From Alphaproteobacteria bacterium (lineage in GTDB: Bacteria; Pseudomonadota; Alphaproteobacteria; JAAXGF01), in contig CAUVXB020000001.1 of assembly GCA_963555825.3 (NCBI GenBank), forward strand, positions 1,952,001 through 2,016,000: a stretch of 64,000 nucleotides of DNA. Direction: 5' to 3'. Each line of letters begins with the position of its first letter. Position 1 is the stretch's first letter. The notes below the pieces were generated by a model that saw only the letters and a list, made by a program, of their open reading frames with translations, did no database searches and was not told where the DNA came from. This document shows, piece by piece, positions 56,474-64,000 of this stretch. A program made the position numbers and the translations under genes.

Positions 56474-56757
56474 AATACCAAGGATCAGTGATAAAGACCC
56501 ATAGAGACGGCTTGCCGTGGTTCTCGGCTAGGCGCGCCCGTCGCGGCGATGCCCATGTATGGCAATAGGAGGGGCATCGCAAGATGGGTGGAACGACGTC
56601 CGGGAGCCTCGGCAAGCCGCCCTTCGGGTCGCGTCCGCTTATCGCCGGAGGGCGCCAGGTTGCCTAGCCGATGCGCTGCATCGCCCGCGGCTCCCTTGCC
56701 TCACCGCCGAAAAGCGGACGCGATCTCTAGGGGCCTTTATCACTGATCCTTGGTATT
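56474..56757. mobile_element. Non-autonomous MITE-like element with 34-bp terminal inverted repeats
   Basis: aataccaaggatcagtgataaagacccatagaga (56474-56507) versus tctctaggggcctttatcactgatccttggtatt (56724-56757), 32/34 match. Confidence 0.8.
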
Positions 56758-56758
56758 A

Positions 56759-57934
56759 TACCAGTGAGCGCCTGAATTGACTCTCGGGATATTCATTGAT
56801 GGCGGATGATGGCGGATTGTGATTCTATGGTCTCCCACCAGATGTGGGGGATGTCATGGGATCAGCACTCAAGATACGGGATGATTTGACGCCTTTGGAG
56901 CTTCGGCGCTGGGCTCGCGTGGAATCGTACGGTCGAGCGGCGGCGCGGGCCTATGGGATCGCGAATGCTTTGGAGGAGATGCCCCGGGCTGATGCCGCGC
57001 GGCTTGCGGGGATGGATCGCCAAACGCTTCGCGACGCGGTTGTTCGTTACAATGCAAAGGGATTGGAGGGGCTTCACGACCGTCCAAAGGGCTACTCGCC
57101 GCGGCGGCTGACGGCAGACGAGGAAGCGGCGCTGGCGGCGGTCATCATCGCCGGGCCGGAGCCTGAGCGCGACGGGGTTTGCGCCTGGACCCGGGCCGAT
57201 CTGTGCCGCTGGCTGGAGGAGCGCTTCGCCAAGACCTACCACCCCTCGAGCATGACCCGGGTTCTACGGCGGATGGGATTTTCCCGCCAGAAGGCGCGCC
57301 CGAGCCACCCGCGAAGGGACGCCGAAGCGCAGGAGCGCTTCAAAAAAGGGGGCTTCGCGACATCCTGAAGGCGACCGCCGCGGCGCATCCCGACAAGCGC
57401 CTACAGCTGTGGTTTCAGGATGAAGCGCGCGTCGGCAACAAGGGCCGGGTGTGTCACCGGTGGTGGCGCAGGGGCGAGCGTGCCCCCGGGACGCGTCAAA
57501 TCGGCTACCAGTGGGCCTACATCTTCTCCGCCGTGCGCCCGGACACCGGCGACGACGTCACCCTGGTGATGCCGAGCGTCAACGCCAAGGTCATGGACCT
57601 GTTTCTCGCACACTTCGCCGATACCCTGGACCAGGATGCGCACGCCGTCATGATGTGCGACGGCGCCGGTTGGCACGACGAGCGCGCCCTCACCGTCCCC
57701 GACAACGTCACCTTGGCGCTGTTGCCGCCTTACAGTCCCGAACTCAACCCCGTCGAGCGGGTTTGGCTCTACCTACGCGAACGCTTCCTATCGCTCCGCG
57801 TCCTCGACGACACCGAGGCCATCATCGACGCCTGTTGCCAAGCATGGATCGACCTCATCGCAGAACCGGATCGTATGCGAACCCTCTGCGCCTATCCATG
57901 GATCATGAAGGTGATTTCATAGGCTCACTGGTAT
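56759..57934 (+). mobile_element. IS630 family insertion sequence
   Basis: Ends TACCAGTGAGC...GCTCACTGGTAT, flanking TA at 56757-58 and 57935-36, split transposase. Confidence 0.92.
56856..57922 (+). CDS. IS630 transposase, OrfA (HTH) + OrfB (DDE) joined by -1 frameshift
   Basis: OrfA ends FKKGG; AAAAAAGGGGG at 57342-57352; OrfB FQDEAR, DGAGWH, PPYSPELNPVE. Confidence 0.9.
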
Positions 57935-58080
57935 TAGGCTAGCACGCAGCGCCGGTAACCACGAAACGCGGGGTGATCGGCGTTGCTTTTGCCAATGCGC
58001 GGAAGTATGACACTCCTCGATCCGTGTGGGCCGCCGACCGGCGCCTTCCGCAACCGAAACTAATTCGACGAGGCAAGCCA

Positions 58081-59472
58081 ATGAGCACGCTGGCGAACTC
58101 TCCCAGTGCCAAGGATATCGCCTATCACCTGCACCCCTACACCAACTTCGTGGCGCACGAGGCGCAGGGTCCGCACATCATGACCGAGGGCGACGGCATC
58201 TATGTCATCGACGACACCGGCAAGCGCTACATCGAGGGATTGGCCGGGCTGTGGTGCGCCTCGCTCGGCTTCAGCAACGAGCGGCTCGCGGCGGCGGGCG
58301 CGGCGCAGTTGCGCCAGTTGCCCTACTATCACAACTTCGCCCACAAGACGACGCCAGCCGTCGTCGAACTCGCCGAGCGACTCATCGAGATGGCGCCGGG
58401 ACCGATGTCGAAGGTGTTCTTCACCAACTCCGGCTCCGAGGCGAACGACAGCCAAGTCAAGATGGTCTGGTATTACCACAACGCCATCGGCAAGCCCGAG
58501 AAGAAGAAGATCATCTCGCGCATCGGCGGCTACCACGGTGTCACCGTCGCAGCAGCGAGCCTGACCGGCCTGCCCTACGTGCAGGACGCCTTCGACCTGC
58601 CGATCGCCAACATCATCCAGACCGAGAACCCGCACTACTGGCGCTTCGGCGAGGCAGGCGAGTCGGAAGAGGACTTCGCGACGCGCATGGCGGCGAGCCT
58701 CGAACAACTGATCATTGACGAGGGCCCCGAGACGGTCGCCGCCTTCATCGCGGAACCGGTGCAGGGCGCCGGCGGCGTCATCGTGCCGCCCAAGACTTAT
58801 TTCGCCAAGGTTCAGGAGGTGCTTCGCCGCCACGACGTGTTGTTCATCGCCGACGAGGTGATCTGTGGCTTCGGCCGTACCGGCAACATGTTCGGCTCCG
58901 AGACCTACGACCTCAAGCCCGACATGGTGACGGTGGCGAAGGCGTTGTCGTCGTCGTACCTGCCGATCGCGGGCGCCATGATCTCGGAGAAAATCTACCA
59001 GGCGATCCGCGACGAGAGCGGGCGGCGCGGCGTGTTCGGCACCGGTTATACGTACAGCGGCCACCCGGTTTGCGCCGCGGTCGCGCTCGAGACGCTCAAG
59101 ATCTACGAGGAGACCGACATCGTCGGTCACGTCCGCAGCATTTCGCCACACTTCCTAAGCCGGCTGCACGCGCTTGGCGATCACCCGTTGGTCGGCGAGA
59201 CCCGAGGCGTCGGCCTGATCGGCGGCGTCCAGCTGGTCAAGAACAAGGCGACCAAAGAGATGTACGATCCGTCGCTGAAAGTCGCGCCGACGGTCATGAA
59301 CCTCGCGGTCGAGCATGGTCTCTTGATCCGCGCGCTGCCCAACGATTCGATCGCGGCGTGCCCGCCACTGATCATTACCATCCCACAAATCGATGACCTG
59401 TTCGACAGCATGGGCCGGGCGCTCGACGACATGCTCGACGCATTGACCAAACAAGGCGAAGCGGCCGAATAA
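58081..59472 (+). CDS. Class III PLP aminotransferase (omega-amine/putrescine:pyruvate type)
   Basis: GLWC, NSGSEAND, YHG, AEPVQGAGG, DEVICGFGR, AK, YSGHP. Confidence 0.92.
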   Translation: MSTLANSPSAKDIAYHLHPYTNFVAHEAQGPHIMTEGDGIYVIDDTGKRYIEGLAGLWCASLGFSNERLAAAGAAQLRQLPYYHNFAHKTTPAVVELAERLIEMAPGPMSKVFFTNSGSEANDSQVKMVWYYHNAIGKPEKKKIISRIGGYHGVTVAAASLTGLPYVQDAFDLPIANIIQTENPHYWRFGEAGESEEDFATRMAASLEQLIIDEGPETVAAFIAEPVQGAGGVIVPPKTYFAKVQEVLRRHDVLFIADEVICGFGRTGNMFGSETYDLKPDMVTVAKALSSSYLPIAGAMISEKIYQAIRDESGRRGVFGTGYTYSGHPVCAAVALETLKIYEETDIVGHVRSISPHFLSRLHALGDHPLVGETRGVGLIGGVQLVKNKATKEMYDPSLKVAPTVMNLAVEHGLLIRALPNDSIAACPPLIITIPQIDDLFDSMGRALDDMLDALTKQGEAAE

Positions 59473-59480
59473 GCCGGCGT

Positions 59481-59514
59481 CCGGGCGGCGGCGACACAGC
59501 CCGGCGCCGCCCGG
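59481..59514. terminator. GC-rich stem-loop after the aminotransferase
   Basis: ccgggcggcg / cgccgcccgg 10-bp stem; no U-tract. Confidence 0.35.
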
Positions 59515-59740
59515 GTCTCGGTATAGAATCAGCCCACCGGAAAATCACCCGATCGTGATGGAGCCATGAATTTTGGTTGACTCGCAGCACCAAGCAAGGC
59601 TGATATTAGCCGCAACAGTTGTCGCGTCACGAAGGCGATCGAAGAATGCGCCACAGGTGCCGGGACAGATACTGGGAAGCGAGCACCGCTCGAAGCGAAA
59701 TCAAGCTCGGATAGCGGCGCGTTGCCATGTCAGGGGAGAC

Positions 59741-60832
59741 ATGCCCGAAGTCAACGAACCGATCGTGAGATTCACCAAGGTTCAGAAGAGCTACGACGGC
59801 GAAATTCTCGTCGTCAAGGATTTGAACCTGGACGTTGAGCGCGGTGAATTTCTCACCATGCTGGGGCCCTCGGGGTCCGGCAAGACCACCGTGCTCATGA
59901 TGCTCGCCGGATTCGAGCCGGCGACGCACGGTGAGATCTATCTCGAAGGCAACCCTATCAACGACGTGCCGCCGCACAAGCGTGGCATCGGCATGGTGTT
60001 CCAGAATTATGCGTTGTTCCCACACATGACGATCGAGGAGAACCTGTCGTTTCCGCTCGAAGTGCGCAAGATGAGCAAGGCCGAAACCGCGCAACGAGTT
60101 CAGCGGGCGCTCGACATGGTGCAGCTCGGCGGCTTCGAGCACCGCCGGCCGGGCCAGCTATCGGGCGGCCAGCAGCAGCGTGTCGCGGTGGCGCGCGCTT
60201 TGGTGTTCGACCCGCAGTTGGTGCTCATGGACGAGCCGCTTGGCGCGCTCGACAAGCAGCTGCGCGAGCAGATGCAGTACGAGATCAAGCACATTCACGA
60301 AAGTCTCGGCGTCAGCGTGGTTTACGTCACTCACGACCAATCCGAGGCCCTGACGATGTCGAACCGCATCGCCGTGTTCAATGACGGCGTCATCCAGCAG
60401 ATCGCGCCACCCGATGACTTGTACGAGCGGCCCGAAAACGCCTTCGTCGCCCAGTTCATCGGCGAGAACAACACGCTGACGGGCACCGTGCGTCAGATCG
60501 ACGGCGACACCTGCCGGGTCGAATTGGATGACGGCGGCGAGGTGCGCGCGCTCATGGTCAACGTGGCCGGCGAAGGTAAGCGGACGACGCTCTCGCTCAG
60601 GCCTGAACGCGTCGAGGTCAACCCGGAAGACGGCATTTATCCGAACGTCTTCGAGGGCAAGGTCGAAGAACTGATCTATCTCGGCGATCACATCCGCACG
60701 CGTGCTAATGTGTGCGGTCACGACGATTTCATCGTCAAGATACCGAACGCCGGCGGCCGTGGCGCCCTCAAGGAAGGGGAAATCGTCAAGTTCGGCTGGA
60801 CGGCAGAAGATTGCCGGGCACTCGATGCATAA
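59741..60832 (+). CDS. Polyamine-type ABC transporter ATP-binding subunit (PotA-like)
   Basis: [38 protein letters not shown] domain. Confidence 0.92.
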   Translation: MPEVNEPIVRFTKVQKSYDGEILVVKDLNLDVERGEFLTMLGPSGSGKTTVLMMLAGFEPATHGEIYLEGNPINDVPPHKRGIGMVFQNYALFPHMTIEENLSFPLEVRKMSKAETAQRVQRALDMVQLGGFEHRRPGQLSGGQQQRVAVARALVFDPQLVLMDEPLGALDKQLREQMQYEIKHIHESLGVSVVYVTHDQSEALTMSNRIAVFNDGVIQQIAPPDDLYERPENAFVAQFIGENNTLTGTVRQIDGDTCRVELDDGGEVRALMVNVAGEGKRTTLSLRPERVEVNPEDGIYPNVFEGKVEELIYLGDHIRTRANVCGHDDFIVKIPNAGGRGALKEGEIVKFGWTAEDCRALDA

Positions 60833-60936
60833 GCAAACACTGCGTCAAGGGAGGTAACGGTACCGCCGACGGCGCGTCCGTCGGCGACAAAAGGTCATTG
60901 TCACCACATCGCTATCGAACAGGGAGATACATCGTT

Positions 60937-62043
60937 ATGCGAAATGCTTTGAAACTTACCACCTACGCCGCGGCGAGCGTTTTCGTCCTCGGCGTTGCCA
61001 CCGCCAAGGCCGACATCACCGTCGTGTCCTGGGGCGGCGGCTATACCGCAAGCCAACAGAAGGCATATGGCGACACCTGGGCCATGGGCGCCGACAAGAT
61101 CCACTGGGAGAACTACAACGGCGGTCTCGGCGAGATCCGCGCCCAGGTCGAGGCCGGCAGCGTCCAGTGGGATATCGTCGACGTGCTGCCGCACGAAGGC
61201 CGTGTCGGCTGCGACGAGGGTTTGTTCGAGGAGCTGCCGCGCGACAAGTTCACGCCGGCGGCCGACGGCACGTCGATGGACGATGACATCATGGTCAAGG
61301 TGCCGAACGACTGCGTCGTGCCGCAGATCTTCTGGTCCTACGTGCCGTTCTACGATGCGGCTCAGGACCATCCGGGATGGCCGGAGGGCGAGGCGCCCAC
61401 GACCATCGCCGACTTCTTCGATCTCGAGAAGTTCCCCGGCAAGCGCGGCATCCACACCTGGCCGAACGCGCTGATCGAGATGGCGCTGCTGGCCGATGGC
61501 GTGGCGGTGAAGGACCTCTACACCGTCATGGACACGCCGGAAGGCATCGACCGCGCCTTCGCCAAGCTCGACACGATCAAGAACGACTCCGTGTTCTGGT
61601 CGTCGGGCGCCAAGCCGCTCGAGTTCGTCAAGAGCGGCGAGACCGCCATTGCGCTGGCGTACAACGGCCGTGTCGGCGCCGCCGTGCTCAGCGAGGGCGA
61701 GAAATTCGTCACCGTCTGGGACGGCCAGGTTATCGAGGAAGAGTGGCTGGTCATGATCAAGGGCACCAAGAACTACGACGAGGCCCTCGACTTCCTGATC
61801 CACGCCTCGGCGCCCGCACAGCAAGCCGGCCAGGCCAAGTGGATCAACTACGGTCCGATGCGCAAGTCCGCCCTCACCATCATTGAGGCGGGCGAGCCCT
61901 GGTACAACACCGGCGTCAACATCATGGAGCACATGCCCAACCGCGACGAAATTGCGGCGCGCTCCATCTACGCCGACCCCGAGTGGTGGGCGGACAATGG
62001 CGACGAGGTTGCCGAGCGGTTCACCGCTTGGATGGGCCAGTAA
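60937..62043 (+). CDS. ABC transporter substrate-binding protein (PotD/PotF-like)
   Basis: Signal peptide, VSWGG.Y, FFD.EKFPGKR, ALLADGV. Confidence 0.9.
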   Translation: MRNALKLTTYAAASVFVLGVATAKADITVVSWGGGYTASQQKAYGDTWAMGADKIHWENYNGGLGEIRAQVEAGSVQWDIVDVLPHEGRVGCDEGLFEELPRDKFTPAADGTSMDDDIMVKVPNDCVVPQIFWSYVPFYDAAQDHPGWPEGEAPTTIADFFDLEKFPGKRGIHTWPNALIEMALLADGVAVKDLYTVMDTPEGIDRAFAKLDTIKNDSVFWSSGAKPLEFVKSGETAIALAYNGRVGAAVLSEGEKFVTVWDGQVIEEEWLVMIKGTKNYDEALDFLIHASAPAQQAGQAKWINYGPMRKSALTIIEAGEPWYNTGVNIMEHMPNRDEIAARSIYADPEWWADNGDEVAERFTAWMGQ

Positions 62044-62072
62044 TCTCGGTCTAGTTCAGCGTCTCGGGATCT

Positions 62073-62101
62073 CGGGTCGGGTGGCGCAGCCACCCGACCC
62101 G
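62073..62101 (+). other. Intercistronic stem-loop after the binding-protein gene
   Basis: cgggtcgggtggc-gca-gccacccgacccg, 13-bp perfect stem. Confidence 0.7.
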
Positions 62102-62144
62102 GCCATCCCGGAACAAACGTATTCGCAGGTTCTGCTGGGTAGCC

Positions 62145-63404
62145 ATGACGACGGCAACGGCCACTTCGGAAGAGATCCTCACCGCTGACGGTACGCCACT
62201 CAAGGCGAGCCTTCAGAGGTCGCTGCGCAGGAGCAAACTGCGCGCCGTCGCGCTGGTCCTGCCGCCCTTTCTTTTTCTCATTTTGGTCTTCATCGTGCCG
62301 ATCGGCGACCTGCTGTTCCGCAGCGTTGACGACCGGTTGATCAACAACGTCCTGCCGCGCACTTTCGCCATCTACGACAGCTGGGACCGTGAAACGCTTC
62401 CTGGCGAGGACATGTTCGAGGCCATGTTCCTCGATCTCACGACCGCCGACAAGCTGCAGCTCGGGCGCAGCAGCACGCGCATGAACTACGAGAAATCGGG
62501 GTGGCGAAGCCTGATCAAGAAGTCGAGCCGCAAGTTCAAGAAGCTCGAGGGCCCACCGTACATGGACGCGATGATCAAGGCGGAAAAACGCTGGGGCGAC
62601 ATCACATTCTGGCAATCTCTCGGCGCCATGAAGGACGAGCTCACGTTTGGCTACTACCTGAACGCCGTCGATTACAGGTTCGACGCCAACAAGGACATCG
62701 AGGCGCAACCCGAAAATCGCCGGGTCTACCTGTTGCTCTGGTGGCGCACGTTCCTGGTCAGCATCATCGTGACCGTGGCGTGTCTCATTCTGGCATATCC
62801 GGCCGCCCATCTGCTTGCCACGCTGCCGTTGCGCACCAGCAACATCTTGATGATATGCGTTTTGATGCCGTTCTGGACGTCGTTGCTGGTGCGTATCGTC
62901 GCCTGGATGATCATGTTGCAGCAGCAAGGCGTGGTGAACGACACGCTGGTTTGGCTCGGTATTCTCGACGACAATAACCGGCTGGCGATGATGTACAACT
63001 TCACGGGCACCATCATCGTCATGACGCAGATTCTCCTGCCCTTCATGATCCTGCCGATCTACAGCGTCATGAAGGGCATCTCGCCGGCCTACATGAAGGC
63101 GGCGCAAAACCTCGGCGCGTCGCCGTCGCTCGCCTTCATCAGAGTTTACGTGCCGCAGACCCTGCCCGGCGTCGGCGCGGGCGTATTGCTCGTCTTCATC
63201 GTGGCGATCGGCTACTACATCACGCCCGAGCTGGTCGGCGGCAGGGACGGCCAGTTGATCGGCAACTTCGTCGCCCGCCACATGAAGAACACGCTCAATT
63301 GGGGCTTGGCCTCGGCGATGGGCGTGATCCTTCTCGCGAGCATCCTGATTCTCTATTGGGTTTACGACAAGCTCGTCGGCGTCGACAACCTGAAGATGGG
63401 GTGA
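62145..63404 (+). CDS. ABC transporter permease (PotB-like)
   Basis: PFWTS.LVR, LPFMILP, AA.NLGA, P.LVGG. Confidence 0.9.
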   Translation: MTTATATSEEILTADGTPLKASLQRSLRRSKLRAVALVLPPFLFLILVFIVPIGDLLFRSVDDRLINNVLPRTFAIYDSWDRETLPGEDMFEAMFLDLTTADKLQLGRSSTRMNYEKSGWRSLIKKSSRKFKKLEGPPYMDAMIKAEKRWGDITFWQSLGAMKDELTFGYYLNAVDYRFDANKDIEAQPENRRVYLLLWWRTFLVSIIVTVACLILAYPAAHLLATLPLRTSNILMICVLMPFWTSLLVRIVAWMIMLQQQGVVNDTLVWLGILDDNNRLAMMYNFTGTIIVMTQILLPFMILPIYSVMKGISPAYMKAAQNLGASPSLAFIRVYVPQTLPGVGAGVLLVFIVAIGYYITPELVGGRDGQLIGNFVARHMKNTLNWGLASAMGVILLASILILYWVYDKLVGVDNLKMG

Positions 63405-63408
63405 GACG

Positions 63409-64000
63409 ATGGCGCTTCCGGCATATGCGACAACCGGTCAGCACGTCTGGCACTGGTGCTATATTGGGTTCTGCAGCATGGTGCTGTTCTTCCTGGTCGC
63501 CCCGTTGATCGCCGTCATCCCGCTCTCGTTCACCTCGAGCGCGTTCCTGAGCTTCACGCCGGAGATGCTGGCGTTCGACCCCGAGGGCTATTCGTTACGC
63601 TGGTACCGCATGCTGATCGGTGACTGCTCGGACAAGACGATTACCACCGTGTGCAGCAACAAGTGGATGATCGGCGCCGGCAACAGCCTGTTCATCGCGG
63701 TCTTTGCGACGATTGCGGCCAGTACGCTCGGTACGCTCGCGGCGCTGGGTTTGAGCCGGCAGCATATGCCGTACCGCAAGCTGATCATGGCCTTCATGAT
63801 CTCACCCCTGATCGTGCCGCTGATCATCACCGCGTCGGGCATGTTCCTGTTCTTCGCCAAGTTCAAGCTGGTCGCGACCTTCACCGGCCTGATCATCGCG
63901 CACACCGTGCTCGGCATGCCCTTCGTCATCATTACCGTTACGGCGACCCTGGTCGGCTTCGACCAGAGCCTGACGCGGGCCGCGGCGAGCCTCGGCGGCA
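63409..64000 (+). CDS. ABC transporter permease (PotC-like), 3'-truncated by window edge
   Basis: Translated by hand from ATG 63409: PLSF, SLRWY, GTLAALG, SPLIVP, AHTVLGMPFV, AAASLG. Confidence 0.88.
   Translation, partial: MALPAYATTGQHVWHWCYIGFCSMVLFFLVAPLIAVIPLSFTSSAFLSFTPEMLAFDPEGYSLRWYRMLIGDCSDKTITTVCSNKWMIGAGNSLFIAVFATIAASTLGTLAALGLSRQHMPYRKLIMAFMISPLIVPLIITASGMFLFFAKFKLVATFTGLIIAHTVLGMPFVIITVTATLVGFDQSLTRAAASLGG

Noticed and set aside
57342-57352. Frameshift in the IS630 transposase as pseudogenisation or novelty
   Set aside because: An A6G5 slippery run joining OrfA and OrfB is typical of IS630 elements.
1-64000. tRNA, rRNA, integrase or prophage genes
   Set aside because: None recognisable in the intergenic spaces or ORF track.

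Overview
High-GC alphaproteobacterial chromosome segment (Rhodospirillales-like by gene order; inference). Bases 1-38.6 kb are a conserved housekeeping backbone: purMN, ndk, ABC-F, holC-pepA, lptFGD-surA-pdxA-rsmA, gmk-yicC, mltG-fabF-acpP-fabG-fabD, rpsF-rpsR-rplI-dnaB-alr-radA-cvpA-purF-SDR, der-bamB-yfgM. Bases 38.9-49.6 kb hold a cobalamin-dependent quaternary-amine (glycine betaine-type) demethylation cluster. It has a GlxA/GbdR-type regulator, an MttB-family enzyme, a corrinoid protein, MeTr, a RamA-like activator and two MetF paralogues. Bases 49.6-64 kb are accessory genes, a structured MITE abutting an IS630, a class-III aminotransferase and a polyamine-type ABC transporter. The most notable signals, none visible as a single ORF in the track, are: (1) an inserted NAL1-like trypsin protease split exactly at an in-frame A_AAA_AAG -1 slippery site, followed by a signal-peptide-bearing stand-alone copy of its own N-terminal domain; (2) a 31-codon leader ORF with CGG-(CGA)4 Arg codons upstream of a GNAT; (3) a 284-bp element with 34-bp terminal inverted repeats folding into a four-way junction and sharing a TA with an IS630; (4) a probable microhomology deletion scar fusing the mlaE start to the mlaF end, and a second frameshifting deletion in the SDR; (5) a G19 tract in a signal peptide. 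All product calls come from motif recognition and gene order, not from database searches.
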